This document shows positions 1-10,422 of a stretch of DNA of 32,000 nucleotides, one piece after another (the stretch's first letter is position 1; the number at the start of each line of letters is the position of its first letter). Under the pieces are notes generated by a model. It was not told the origin of the DNA. It was given only the letters and a program-made list of their open reading frames with translations, and ran no database searches. The stretch is from the NCBI GenBank assembly GCA_934500865.1, contig CAKSUD010000009.1:1966-33965 (forward strand). Reading direction: 5' to 3'. A program made the position numbers and the translations under genes. The DNA comes from an uncultured Clostridia bacterium. GTDB taxonomy: Bacteria > Bacillota > Clostridia > TANB77 > RGIG9151.

Positions 1-28
1 TTACAATATATTACATTGGAGGCAAGAA

Positions 29-1327
29 ATGAGAAAAATTCTGTCGGCAGTTGGAAGTGATGTTATTAGAGATCTTTTGAGTGAATATGGGGTGATGGCT
101 GATATTCCGTATCAAGAGGGAGTAATAGAAGCGATAAAAAGAGATTTCATAGATGTTTTAATTGTTTATGCTAATTTAGAAGGCGATATGGACAAGTATA
201 TGTTTATAGAAAAAATAAGAGAAATAGATTCCAAAATTGAAATATTTGTAATTATTGATGAAGAGGATGACAATTATAAAAATTATTTATTTAGAAAAGG
301 AATATTTAATATTTTTGTTAATGAAAAAACATCAAAAGAGGAATTGATAAATGCCATAAATAATGATAATGCAAATAAGCCACATAAATTCGATTTAAGG
401 CAAAAAAAATCATACCACAGCAAACTAATCGAAAATAAAAAAAGAATTGAAAATAGGCCTAATTTGATGCCACGTTTTCAAAGGCAACAAATAGTAAGTT
501 TTACTGGAATGGGTTCTACCGGAAAAACTACTATTGCTACACAGCTTGGAATATTAATTGCTAAAAATTCGAGAGCTAAAGTTTTACTTATAGACTTTGA
601 CACTATAAATTCTGGAATGAATCAATTTCTAGGTGTGAAAAGAGCACCGCAAAATCCTGAATATATATTGCCACCGGATAAAAATTCCGGAATAAATTAT
701 ATGATAGATGCGATTGATAAAAGAACTTTTGATTCGAATTTGTTTGAAAAGTATGTCCAAAAAACAAAATATTTTTCAAATTTAGATGTATTAACCGGAA
801 ATAAATCTCTGTTTGTATGTGAAAAAGTATTAAATACAGAGTATTATACGCGAATATTAGAAAAGGCCAAAGAACTTTATGACTTCATAATTATAGATAC
901 ATCTTCGAATGTGTTTGTAGATGCTACTCAATTTTCTTTATTAAATTCAAATGTAATTTTTTATGTAACAGAGGCAACTAATATCTCTTTTGAAAGGACA
1001 TTCAGAGCTCTAAAGGAAGTCTTTCCGGTATGGGGTATTAATAATAGCAAAATAAAATTAATAATAAACAAATATCATAAAAATTCACCTTCAAAACTGG
1101 TAATAAATGAGATGATGAAAGACATCCCAATCGCGGGATACATAAGCTTTTCAGGGGAATATGATGAATGCTTAAATAGTGGGAAACCATATGTGTTAAA
1201 TAATGAGACAGAGTATGTTGAATTACTTGAACAACTAAATATTATTGCTAAGGAAAATCCTATAAAAAAGCTCAAAAGTAAGTGCTTAAGCTACTTTTTT
1301 AGAATGGAGGGTGAAGAAAAATGTTAA
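29..1327 (+). CDS. tadZ: TadZ/CpaE-like pilus assembly protein (atypical receiver domain + ParA/MinD-type ATPase)
   Basis: 432-aa ORF with GGAGG about 7 nt upstream. C-terminal half has a ParA/MinD deviant Walker A (SFTGMGSTGKTTIATQLG) and a FIIIDTSS Walker-B-like strand. The N-terminal ~110 aa look receiver-like, but the acidic pocket is not canonical (KILSAVGSD, DVLIVYANLEG). First gene in a tadZ-tadA-tadB-tadC order. Confidence 0.75.
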   Translation: MRKILSAVGSDVIRDLLSEYGVMADIPYQEGVIEAIKRDFIDVLIVYANLEGDMDKYMFIEKIREIDSKIEIFVIIDEEDDNYKNYLFRKGIFNIFVNEKTSKEELINAINNDNANKPHKFDLRQKKSYHSKLIENKKRIENRPNLMPRFQRQQIVSFTGMGSTGKTTIATQLGILIAKNSRAKVLLIDFDTINSGMNQFLGVKRAPQNPEYILPPDKNSGINYMIDAIDKRTFDSNLFEKYVQKTKYFSNLDVLTGNKSLFVCEKVLNTEYYTRILEKAKELYDFIIIDTSSNVFVDATQFSLLNSNVIFYVTEATNISFERTFRALKEVFPVWGINNSKIKLIINKYHKNSPSKLVINEMMKDIPIAGYISFSGEYDECLNSGKPYVLNNETEYVELLEQLNIIAKENPIKKLKSKCLSYFFRMEGEEKC

Positions 1328-2598
1328 TAGATCCATATAAATCTGTAAATAAAAACGTAAGGGTGGAAAAAATGATTACAAGAACAGATAAAATTGTAAA
1401 CGAAGTAATAGATTTCTTAATCGAAAACTATTCTGAAATACTGGGTACATCTGCGTTTGACACGAAAAATAGAATTTCTGCCGAAAAAATTATAAGGGAG
1501 AAATTGATAAAAGATTATAACTATGGAAATTATGATACTGAGGAATTGGTGAAAAATATTTTAGATAGAATATTCGGTTACCATATACTCCAAAAGTATA
1601 TTGAGGATACATCCGTAAGCGATATTAGAGCTATAAAGTGGAATAGTATATATGTTATGCGAGATGGAAAGTGGACAAAAGTAGAAGACACTTTTTCAAA
1701 TGAGGCGGAATTTTATAATTTTGTTAGATATTGCATACTCAAAAATAACGGCAAAATTACCCATGAACAGCCAATCGCAGTGGTTTCTGACAAAAATAAT
1801 CATCTGAGAATTGAGGCTGGAATTTCGCCTGTGAATATTGTTTCTCCAAGTTTAGTAATAAGAATACATAGACCGGAAAAACGATTAGGGCTTAGTGAGT
1901 TGTGCCTTGATAAGGGAATGATGAATGTAGAAATGAGAGATTTCTTAAAGAAAGCTGTAATTGCAGGTTGTAACATTATTATTGCCGGAAAAGGTGGTTC
2001 TGGGAAAACTACTCTACTAAGAGCTTGCATTGATGAAATCCCGGATACTGTTTCTATAACTTCAAATGAAGAAACTGCTGAATTATACAGTAGTCATGGA
2101 AATATTATACAAAGGGAAATAGTAAAAAATCGTTTAACCGGAAATATACTTCTAGAGGATTTAACTAAGCATTCTTTAGTAATGAGTAATGATGCCATTG
2201 TAATAGGCGAATTAAAAGGAGCGGAAGCAATGGCCTTCTTTGACGGCATAAGTACAGGGCATATAGGTTATGCTACTGTTCACTCAGAAAGTGCGGAATT
2301 AGTGCTAGACAGGTTAGTTACACTAATGAAAAGAGATAGCCTCGCTCAGCAATATACAGATAAGTATCTAAAGGATATACTGGCTCAATCAATAGATTTA
2401 ATAATATATATGAAAAATTTTAAGGTGTATGAAATTTGTCAGATAGATTTTTCATATGAAAAAGGGATTAGATATAGAAAATTGTTTGAGTATAGGTATA
2501 AGGAATTAGAAAATGGTGAAATTAGCGAGGATTTTGAGAAAATTAAAGAAGTGGATGGAAAAGTAAGAAGAAAAATAAGAGTAATTTTGGAGAATTAA
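1321..2598 (+). CDS. tadA: Tad/Flp pilus secretion ATPase (TadA/CpaF, VirB11-like T2SS-E family)
   Basis: 425 aa. Walker A GKGGSGKTTLL, Walker B-like AIVIGELKG, His-box GHIGYATVHSES. 7-nt overlap with the upstream ORF. GGAGGG lies 10 nt upstream of the ATG. Confidence 0.9.
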   Translation: MLIDPYKSVNKNVRVEKMITRTDKIVNEVIDFLIENYSEILGTSAFDTKNRISAEKIIREKLIKDYNYGNYDTEELVKNILDRIFGYHILQKYIEDTSVSDIRAIKWNSIYVMRDGKWTKVEDTFSNEAEFYNFVRYCILKNNGKITHEQPIAVVSDKNNHLRIEAGISPVNIVSPSLVIRIHRPEKRLGLSELCLDKGMMNVEMRDFLKKAVIAGCNIIIAGKGGSGKTTLLRACIDEIPDTVSITSNEETAELYSSHGNIIQREIVKNRLTGNILLEDLTKHSLVMSNDAIVIGELKGAEAMAFFDGISTGHIGYATVHSESAELVLDRLVTLMKRDSLAQQYTDKYLKDILAQSIDLIIYMKNFKVYEICQIDFSYEKGIRYRKLFEYRYKELENGEISEDFEKIKEVDGKVRRKIRVILEN

Positions 2599-2599
2599 T

Positions 2600-3490
2600 A
2601 TGATATTTTTAATAACATTTATTAAATTTCTTATAGTATTTTCTGCTGCATTTTGCATTGTGAATAATTTTGAAAGCAAGGATACATCAGTGTTACACAC
2701 GAATTGGCATAAAAAAGTGAATCATTTTTCTATGCAGAAAATGTCTGGGCTAGAAAAGTATTTTAAGAAAATTTCAATACCATTTAATGAGATAACATTG
2801 GGAATTGTCTTTGGAATTGGAATGGGTGCATTTTTGCTTGTATTACTTATTAGTAACTATCTTTTTGATAACTTGATAGTTAGGTACATAATATCGCTTC
2901 CTTTTCTTGCATCTGGGATTGTTGCATTAGAAATAATTGCGGAAAAAAAGCAAGAAAAGTTAGAAGATGGACTTAGTGATTTTTTTATTCAATTAAAGTC
3001 TGCACTAAAGGTAAATACGGAAATAATAGAAGCTTTGAGGAAAATACAAAATAACATACTTGAGCCATTTTCAACATATACAAAGCAAATGTTAAATGAA
3101 ATTAATGCCGGTAAGTTACCTGAAGAAGCTTTAGAAAGCTTTGCCAGTAAGATAGGTATTGAAAAATTCTCTTTTTATATAAATAACGTTAGGTATTGTC
3201 ACATATATGGAGGGAATATATATCTTCTTACCCAAAAGACACAAGAAGTCATAAATGAAGCAATAAAGCAGAAAAAGAAAAGGAAAACGGAAACAAAGGC
3301 TGCTTGCACAGTTCTCTATATACTTATAATAATAGATTTCTATATGTATTTTTCGTTTATAGCATCAAACCAGTATTACTTGCACTTAATGAATGAAACA
3401 TTTATAGGACAAGCAATAGTAAATATAAATTTTATATGCGTTTGGATAATGATATGGTTATCTAAAGCAATTAAAAAATTGGATTATTAG
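2600..3490 (+). CDS. tadB: TadB-like inner-membrane platform protein (T2SS-F domain)
   Basis: 296 aa, starts 2 nt after the tadA stop. Layout is N-terminal TM, a cytoplasmic helical segment (LSDFFIQLKSALKVNTEIIEALRKI) and C-terminal TM helices, as in TadB/GspF-like proteins. Position after tadA fits. Confidence 0.7.
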   Translation: MIFLITFIKFLIVFSAAFCIVNNFESKDTSVLHTNWHKKVNHFSMQKMSGLEKYFKKISIPFNEITLGIVFGIGMGAFLLVLLISNYLFDNLIVRYIISLPFLASGIVALEIIAEKKQEKLEDGLSDFFIQLKSALKVNTEIIEALRKIQNNILEPFSTYTKQMLNEINAGKLPEEALESFASKIGIEKFSFYINNVRYCHIYGGNIYLLTQKTQEVINEAIKQKKKRKTETKAACTVLYILIIIDFYMYFSFIASNQYYLHLMNETFIGQAIVNINFICVWIMIWLSKAIKKLDY

Positions 3491-3499
3491 GAGATAACA

Positions 3500-4249
3500 A
3501 TGATTTTATTACTAAAAATTATGCTTATAGTTTGCTTAATAATAGTGAGTTTACGAACTACAGCCATTATAGTAGCTAATAAAATAAAGCAGAGAATTTG
3601 TAATGACGAAATTAAATCAAAAGTAAAATTTAATTTCAAAAATAGTTATATACTCAGAAGTATAATTGCATTTGTAATATGCATAATATCGTTAATCTGT
3701 GGAAATGGACTTATAAGAAGTTTAATTTGTGGAGTTATAACTTTTGTTTTAATTTTTGGTTATGAAAGAATTCAAAATAATTCTATAAAAAAGCAGGTAT
3801 TACAAGACTTATTAAATGTAGTTGAGTGTTTAAGAGTACAAATATCATCAGGTATTTCACTAGATATTGCCCTTAGAAATATTCAAAATTTGTGTAAGAA
3901 TAAATCATTTTCACAAGAACTGGCTAATTTATATTTAGAATACCAATTATCTAAGTTTACAGTCAATAATTCTGCAAAAGAACTACAGCATAAGTTTGAC
4001 TATCCGGAAATAAGAATGTTTGTCTCTGCAATAAATCAGCAAACTCAGAGTACATCTGCACTTGAAGCATTTGACAACTTGATAGAAGTTTTAAAAGATA
4101 AATATATAGGATATATGGAAGATGTAACGAGGTCGAAATCAGTAATTATGATAATTGGTGTTTGTATAGTGGTGTTGAATTTAGCTGCTATGAGTGTATA
4201 TCCGTTAATTATGGAGGCAAATGAAGCATTAAAGGTAATGCTTAAATAA
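3500..4249 (+). CDS. tadC: TadC-like inner-membrane platform protein (T2SS-F domain)
   Basis: 249 aa. Same TM / helical segment (LLNVVECLRVQISSGISLDIALRNI) / TM layout as the preceding gene. Paired tadB/tadC arrangement. Confidence 0.7.
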   Translation: MILLLKIMLIVCLIIVSLRTTAIIVANKIKQRICNDEIKSKVKFNFKNSYILRSIIAFVICIISLICGNGLIRSLICGVITFVLIFGYERIQNNSIKKQVLQDLLNVVECLRVQISSGISLDIALRNIQNLCKNKSFSQELANLYLEYQLSKFTVNNSAKELQHKFDYPEIRMFVSAINQQTQSTSALEAFDNLIEVLKDKYIGYMEDVTRSKSVIMIIGVCIVVLNLAAMSVYPLIMEANEALKVMLK

Positions 4250-4299
4250 CGAAACATAATGGGACCGGCATATGTAAATAAATTTTAGGAGGAATTAAA

Positions 4300-4521
4300 A
4301 TGAAAAACAATATAAAAAAATTAGTAAAAGAAAATAAAGGTGGCTCAGAAATAACACAATCTTTATTGTTAATTGGTGTTGCAATATCTTTGGTATTAAC
4401 AGTATTTTTTCCTGGACTTAGGAAAGTTTTCAATGGTGTAACAGATAGCATGAACTCTTGGTTAAAGAGTTCTGCGCAGCAGATATTTGACGTTAGTGTT
4501 CCATCAAGTACAGAGGGGTAA
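4300..4521 (+). CDS. flp: Flp-family (type IVc) prepilin-like protein
   Basis: 73 aa with AGGAGG SD. Short basic leader MKNNIKKLVKENKGG, then SEITQSLLLIGVAISLVLTVFF, i.e. a Gly-ended leader, an early Glu and a hydrophobic helix. Sits directly after tadC. Confidence 0.6.
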   Translation: MKNNIKKLVKENKGGSEITQSLLLIGVAISLVLTVFFPGLRKVFNGVTDSMNSWLKSSAQQIFDVSVPSSTEG

Positions 4522-4523
4522 TT

Positions 4524-5198
4524 ATGAAAAGGATAAATATAACTGTGATTTCAGTAATAATTGCTGCTTGCTTGTTTGTTATTTTAACAATACTTCAAAA
4601 TAAGTTAGTAAATGATGAACCAACAGCAAAGGTATTAGTGTCAAATGTAGATGTAAAGCCGGATACAGAGCTTAAGCCTGAATGGTTTAGTGAGACTATT
4701 GTACCATTAAAATTAGCCATAAGTAATAGTGTGATAAGCTCAACAGAAGATATAAATGGAAAATACGCTAAAGAAATAATTAATAAAGGACAGATATTAT
4801 TTAAACAAGATATAGGAAGCGAAGAAGAATTAAAAATAATAAATGCTCCTGAAGGTATAGAAAAAATAGCAATTGAAATAAAAAATCCCCAGAATGCAAT
4901 AGCATATCAAGTAAAGCCGAAAGATAGAATACATCTGTATTTCAGCGGTAGATACGGTGCAATAAAAGAAAGTATAGCACAATTTGGATTAGAGAATGTA
5001 AGTAAAAACGATAATTCTATGTATACAACTTGTTTATTAAAGGATATCCCGATACTCGGAATATATGATGAAGCGGGAAAAAGCATAGAAAGCGATAAAT
5101 TTACACGGCTTGATACTGTTGTTATAGGTGTAGATAGCCAAATGGCGAAAATCATAAATAATTTGCGAAATCAAGGAACTTTCGATTTAACAAAATAA
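4524..5198 (+). CDS. cpaB: CpaB/RcpC-like Flp pilus assembly protein (SAF domain)
   Basis: 224 aa. N-terminal TM, then a SAF-like segment (AKVLVSNVDVKPDTELKPEWF...INKGQILFKQDI), then PEGIEKIAIEIK...VKPKDRIHLYF, as in CpaB. Starts 2 nt after the flp stop. Confidence 0.7.
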   Translation: MKRINITVISVIIAACLFVILTILQNKLVNDEPTAKVLVSNVDVKPDTELKPEWFSETIVPLKLAISNSVISSTEDINGKYAKEIINKGQILFKQDIGSEEELKIINAPEGIEKIAIEIKNPQNAIAYQVKPKDRIHLYFSGRYGAIKESIAQFGLENVSKNDNSMYTTCLLKDIPILGIYDEAGKSIESDKFTRLDTVVIGVDSQMAKIINNLRNQGTFDLTK

Positions 5199-5208
5199 TG
5201 GAGGGAAA

Positions 5209-6384
5209 ATGAAAAAGATAATTTTTATAATATGTATTATTGCTAATCTGTGCTGTTATTCATATGCATATACAGATATAGATTCAGCTCATTGGGCATA
5301 TAGTTCAGTAAATAAACTGACTGAGCAAGGTATCTTAAGTGGATATCCTGATGGTAAGTTTAATCCAAATGATAAAATGACAATAGCTGAGTTCTTAGCT
5401 GTACTTATAAAGATAATGGCCTACAAAGCTGATGTATCCACGGATTCACCACATTGGGCACAAGGCTATATTGATTATGCAATAGAAAATAAGATTGTTA
5501 ATATGGACGATTACGTAGCCTTTAATCCGGACGAGTATATAACGAGATTAGAAATATGCAAGATGATTATTAATAGTTTTGAAAGCACCAAGAATGCTTA
5601 TGTGAGTACATTAGGCACAACTTTTTTAGACATATCATCACAAAATTATGAAGAGCAAAGAATTGCTAAAATATTAAAGGAAATAGGCATTTTATCGGGA
5701 TATCCGGACGGAACAGTAGGGTTTGATAAGATGTCTACAAGAGCCGAGATAAGTTGCTTTATGAATTTAGTAAAAGAAAAAATAAACAAACTAAAGTACT
5801 ATAGGTCCGATGTTACTTATGAAGATAATATAGCTAAATTTAATGTTAGAGATAAAGACATATTGCTTAGAAAATATGAATTTGCAAGTGATAACGAGTA
5901 TTGTGATACGATTATAACTAACATACAGATGTTTGAATTTGATAGGGCTAATGAAACTAAATATAAAGAAACTTTTTCTAAGCTTTTTAATAGTGAACAT
6001 CCATATGCAAAGTATCGTCAAAACTTTGGAGAAGGCAATTACGTTATAGCAATCGATTTAAAAACAATTAACAATACAGAAAAATATAAGGTATTAACGG
6101 GATATCAGTTTGTCAATTTGTTTTTTCAGGAAGAAGACATATATATAATTGATTCGTTTGATATTGATGAAATTATTGAACAATTAGGTTCAAACATATA
6201 TATAGGGACAAACGTGTCACCGGCTGAGATTAAGGATACATCAGCATTCTACGTGTTAAATAAGCTTCCACGCGAGAAATTCTTAATAAGTAGACCGCTT
6301 ACTACTTTATATGATGCAAATACATTAGAACAGATAGACGTTTCTTCATTTCATTCCGCAATAATTTATATAAAGGAGGAGTAA
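5209..6384 (+). CDS. Secreted protein with three N-terminal SLH (S-layer homology) repeats and an unknown C-terminal domain
   Basis: 391 aa, signal peptide MKKIIFIICIIANLCCYSYA. SLH repeats: HWAYSSVNKLTEQGILSGYPDGKFNPNDKMTIAEFLAVL; HWAQGYIDYAIENKIV...ITRLEICKMI; IAKILKEIGILSGYPDGTVGFDKMSTRAEISCFM. I recognise no family for the C-terminal ~200 aa. Confidence 0.8.
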   Translation: MKKIIFIICIIANLCCYSYAYTDIDSAHWAYSSVNKLTEQGILSGYPDGKFNPNDKMTIAEFLAVLIKIMAYKADVSTDSPHWAQGYIDYAIENKIVNMDDYVAFNPDEYITRLEICKMIINSFESTKNAYVSTLGTTFLDISSQNYEEQRIAKILKEIGILSGYPDGTVGFDKMSTRAEISCFMNLVKEKINKLKYYRSDVTYEDNIAKFNVRDKDILLRKYEFASDNEYCDTIITNIQMFEFDRANETKYKETFSKLFNSEHPYAKYRQNFGEGNYVIAIDLKTINNTEKYKVLTGYQFVNLFFQEEDIYIIDSFDIDEIIEQLGSNIYIGTNVSPAEIKDTSAFYVLNKLPREKFLISRPLTTLYDANTLEQIDVSSFHSAIIYIKEE

Positions 6385-6385
6385 A

Positions 6386-9300
6386 ATGAAAAGAATTGCT
6401 TTTTTTATGACTTTTATTCTGTTGTTACAAAATGTATCTAATGCATATGTTATACGGGATATTCAAGTAAGACAAGAAAAAATAATTCCGTTTAGCTTTA
6501 TTTCAGACACAAGAAACTATGAGAATAGTATAAGTATAAAAGGGCTTAATAACGTGAAAATAGAAAAAATATCAGTCAATAATGGAGATGTAAAGGCAAA
6601 TATAGAAGGAAACTATATAGATTTGGAATTTTATAATGGTCAAAAATCTAATAGCATTCAAACTGTTACAGAAATAGATGATTTAGAACTTGAAGAAATA
6701 CCATTAGACAACGAAAATACGAGAGAAATAACTATTTCTCCAGATAAAAAGATAAAAGAAATTATGGGAGTGTCAGGTGATTTTGTAAGTGCAAAAATAG
6801 CGCCTAATGGTGATATATGTATAAAAGTAGATAAAGACGCCCAAGGTAAATATGGATATGATGAAACTAAAACAGAAAACTCTACTGTAAAGGTTGAAAT
6901 AGGAAACGATAATAGAAGCCGAGAAATAGAAAGTAATTATATAGAATTACAGCATATTCCTATAGGAAATGTAAATGCTGTGAGTGGGGATACATCAGCA
7001 TTGCAAGAAATAATAGTACGAGATAAAAAGCTAAAGGTTAGGTTTGATAATGGAGCACCAAAACTAAATGAAATAAAGCTAAATGATGGATATACATATT
7101 TTTGGATTGATAGAGATTCGGATGGAAGTTTTAGAAAATATAATCCAAATTCCATATATTCAACAGATAGAAATAAAATTACAGGAAAAGGCGAATATTT
7201 AGATAAGTCAGAGCAAGAAGAACTTGGGATGAATTTATGGCATAAGAATTGGCTAGATTACTGTGGTACTGAAATTAATGGGGTTAGATATATTTATGTC
7301 TTTGACAAATTAAAAGGCGTTCCGAGTAGTACAGAAGGAGAAATTTTAAATAAATCAAAATTAGAAGTAAAAGAACAGAACTTTAATACAGAGGTATATA
7401 CAGTAGAATTTTCTGAAGATGGAGTTTTATATATACCTGAAGGCAAATTATATAGTATGGGTGAATTGGTAAAAGGAACTACCGGATGGGGAGAAGTATG
7501 TGAAAATAAAGCTTGGGAGAGTAAAGAAACATTTTTTAATAAGATTACTGGGAAAAACGAAACATATGTTAAACATTATAAATTTTACTATGGACCTAGC
7601 AATAAAAAAGCATTTGGAGGCTTTTTTTCCTATCCGTATAGTTGTACGCTAGAATATGAGCATTATAAACCTGTAATGCTTTACACGGGTAATATAACTT
7701 ATTCGTATGAAACACAAAAAAATATAAAAGGTTATTTATATGATGGCTGGGTAAAAATATCATATACCGATGAAAAGACGGTAAAAGATTATCCTCCGAC
7801 ATCTCCTTATAATATTAGATATAACTCACAGGATAAATTAATACTTTGGGAAAATGGAAGTGATGATTATACTCCTAAAGATAAATTAATCTACGAAATA
7901 CAGATGTATAGCGACTCCTGGGGTGACGGAATTAAGAGTAAACCGGGAGAAACAAAGCTATTATATGAGTTAAATAGTGAATATACAGATATAAGAATAA
8001 GAACAATAGATGAAGTTAATCAGGTATCAGATTGGGCGAATTTATCTGATAGTATAATAGAGCTTAGCGGTAATGTTAAGCCTAACGTGATAAAATCAGG
8101 CGAAAAAGTAGATATATATGCACAAACCAAGTCGCTATCTAAGATAGATAGAGTTATCGCAAAATGTGATGAATTGGGGATTAATTGCGAATTGAGTAAA
8201 ATTAAGGAGAAATTGCCGGATTATTATGAGATTTCATTTGAGGTAATGGCGGACTTTTTGGAAGAAGATGAATATGTATATTCTGATAATAGGCGGTATG
8301 TGAATAGCAAAAAAGGAAATGGTAAGGTATTAACATTTTATTCGGATGATAGAAGTAATGGCGATATGTTAGAAGTACTATTGCCGAAAGAAATTAATTT
8401 CTCTAAAAATGGAACAATAATATTTCCAAGCGGTAATTATTTAGAATCCCCACTAAATATATTTGTTTATAATAAAAAAAGACTATATTTACATATGCTT
8501 AATGAACTGGGAATAGTAAATAAAATAACAGGAAAAAAGGAAATGTTCTTTGGATTTTGTAATGATGTAAGAACATCTATTAAAAATCATAATAAAGTGG
8601 CAGAGTTTGTTCCTCAGATTATAGTAAATAATTTTGAGTATATAGATAATACTCCGTCATATACTCGAATAGATGTAGACAGGAAAGTTGCAGATAAGCC
8701 GATAGTAATTCGCTGGAACACAGATGCACACGGGATTACAGCTTTTGATGTTTCTATTGAAAATACTCTGATTTATAGCTATTCTGTTGAGTATAGCGTA
8801 CTTGAGAAATATATAGAAAATATAGAGTATATAAAAAATCAAAAATATCTAAAAAGATATGTATTATCAACAATTGGCTATACTTATCCAAACAAGAGAT
8901 TTGTCGCAAAGTGGGCAAAAATTGCATTGTCTGTTTTGCCTAGATATAATGTTCAAGAATTCCCGTGGCTTGGATACAAAGTAAATAAAAATGAATATGT
9001 GAGAGAGGAATATATAACAAATTATAATAATGACCCTAGAGTCAGAAATGTATATAGGTTGTTAATTTTAGATGAATATGCGTCTGATGTGGCGGTTAAA
9101 AAGTATTTAAAGCTAATAAAAAGCACTAATTTTCCAATAAAGCGAAAAGATGAAACTACTATATTTGGAAAAGACGTATTGGATTATAATTGCGAATTTG
9201 AAGCGATTGATATTAGTACTGACTCTAAAGCAGTTTCGGGGAAATATGAAATTGAATTGACGGCTACAGATATTGAAGGTAAAACTAATAAAATTATGCT

Positions 9301-9961
9301 ACCGATCATAGTAAAAAACGATGAAAGCCAGATGCAGCCAGAAGAAGAGGAAAATAAAAACACAACGAAAATAAAGGAATTTCTAGTCGGTAGATTTTTT
9401 TATAAAGATGGACAGGGGTATTTGGAGGAGCTAAGTAAATCTAGAGATAATGTAACAGAAGGTTTTATCTGCGCTGGAGAAACATTAGGGTTAGATATGA
9501 CTATAAAAGACGCAGAATTTATTGATGTTGAATTAGAAGGAGATTTATCTATAAAGACATTAGATTTTCTTACAAAGTATTTTTTAGTAGATAAGCCTGA
9601 GAAAGTCTATGAAAAGGTTTCTGCGGAGTATGAAAACTTTCCTAAAAGATTATATCCTATTGAAGTTGGAGCAGATGGGGAAAGTAAGTTTAGATATTTC
9701 TATACCATTCCATATAAAACAAAGCAAACATTACATTCTTGGAGCACACTTAAAAATGGTACATTAGAGCAGATTGATAAAAGTAAGTTACTTAGTAGGA
9801 TATGTTCTCCATATAAGTTGAAAATAACTGTAAATGGTAAAGAAGAAATAGAAAAACAATTTGATGTTTTTGAAAGATGGGACACAGTACTAAATAGGGA
9901 TATATCTTCATACCTTACTAATTACGGGGCAAAATGGCAAGTAAGGAGTAAAAAGCAATGA
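6386..9961 (+). CDS. Large secreted protein, function unknown (possible FN3/Ig-like modules; candidate pilus-associated adhesin or envelope component)
   Basis: 1191-aa uninterrupted ORF starting 1 nt after the SLH gene stop. Signal peptide MKRIAFFMTFILLLQNVSNA. No LPXTG, no C-terminal TM, no SLH. An FN3-like stretch (PYNIRYNSQDKLILWENGSDDYTPKDKLIYEIQMYSDSWGDG) and an Ig-like stretch (VSGKYEIELTATDIEGKTNKIMLPIIV) were recognised by eye only. Confidence 0.7.
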   Translation: MKRIAFFMTFILLLQNVSNAYVIRDIQVRQEKIIPFSFISDTRNYENSISIKGLNNVKIEKISVNNGDVKANIEGNYIDLEFYNGQKSNSIQTVTEIDDLELEEIPLDNENTREITISPDKKIKEIMGVSGDFVSAKIAPNGDICIKVDKDAQGKYGYDETKTENSTVKVEIGNDNRSREIESNYIELQHIPIGNVNAVSGDTSALQEIIVRDKKLKVRFDNGAPKLNEIKLNDGYTYFWIDRDSDGSFRKYNPNSIYSTDRNKITGKGEYLDKSEQEELGMNLWHKNWLDYCGTEINGVRYIYVFDKLKGVPSSTEGEILNKSKLEVKEQNFNTEVYTVEFSEDGVLYIPEGKLYSMGELVKGTTGWGEVCENKAWESKETFFNKITGKNETYVKHYKFYYGPSNKKAFGGFFSYPYSCTLEYEHYKPVMLYTGNITYSYETQKNIKGYLYDGWVKISYTDEKTVKDYPPTSPYNIRYNSQDKLILWENGSDDYTPKDKLIYEIQMYSDSWGDGIKSKPGETKLLYELNSEYTDIRIRTIDEVNQVSDWANLSDSIIELSGNVKPNVIKSGEKVDIYAQTKSLSKIDRVIAKCDELGINCELSKIKEKLPDYYEISFEVMADFLEEDEYVYSDNRRYVNSKKGNGKVLTFYSDDRSNGDMLEVLLPKEINFSKNGTIIFPSGNYLESPLNIFVYNKKRLYLHMLNELGIVNKITGKKEMFFGFCNDVRTSIKNHNKVAEFVPQIIVNNFEYIDNTPSYTRIDVDRKVADKPIVIRWNTDAHGITAFDVSIENTLIYSYSVEYSVLEKYIENIEYIKNQKYLKRYVLSTIGYTYPNKRFVAKWAKIALSVLPRYNVQEFPWLGYKVNKNEYVREEYITNYNNDPRVRNVYRLLILDEYASDVAVKKYLKLIKSTNFPIKRKDETTIFGKDVLDYNCEFEAIDISTDSKAVSGKYEIELTATDIEGKTNKIMLPIIVKNDESQMQPEEEENKNTTKIKEFLVGRFFYKDGQGYLEELSKSRDNVTEGFICAGETLGLDMTIKDAEFIDVELEGDLSIKTLDFLTKYFLVDKPEKVYEKVSAEYENFPKRLYPIEVGADGESKFRYFYTIPYKTKQTLHSWSTLKNGTLEQIDKSKLLSRICSPYKLKITVNGKEEIEKQFDVFERWDTVLNRDISSYLTNYGAKWQVRSKKQ

Positions 9962-10422
9962 AAAACAATAAAGGCAGTGTCTTAGCGAGCTCTATAATGC
10001 TACTGGGCGGAATGGTATTAATACTAACAATACTTGGAATCGCTTTATTTGAACAAATTACGACTGGTATATTTCATGAAATAAAAAATGATCTATATAT
10101 GATAAACAGAAATGTATTGTTATCAATAAGGAGAGAATATATGGGAGAAGATGTATATGATTTCTATGAAAAGGAAGTAGAAGATTTAGTAGAAAAAGAA
10201 ATAAAAAAACTGTGGAACGCAGATGTATCCATAGATACAGAAAAAGGATTTGTTCAAAAAGCAGATGTATTAGAAGCAAAAATCATTAATAAAAAATCTG
10301 AATTGGAGATTAATACAGTATTAAAATTGCAGTTGAGAGCATTAGTATTTAAAGAATTTTTTAAGGATAACTTAGTTTTTACAGTTAGAGAAATTACAAA
10401 AATAAGAAAAATGGAGAGATAA
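9958..10422 (+). CDS. TadE-like pseudopilin / minor pilin candidate
   Basis: 154 aa. ATGA overlap with the upstream ORF. N-terminus MKNNKGSVLASSIMLLGGMVLILTILGIALFE is a short leader ending KG, followed by a hydrophobic helix, as in TadE/TadF-type proteins. Confidence 0.5.
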   Translation: MKNNKGSVLASSIMLLGGMVLILTILGIALFEQITTGIFHEIKNDLYMINRNVLLSIRREYMGEDVYDFYEKEVEDLVEKEIKKLWNADVSIDTEKGFVQKADVLEAKIINKKSELEINTVLKLQLRALVFKEFFKDNLVFTVREITKIRKMER

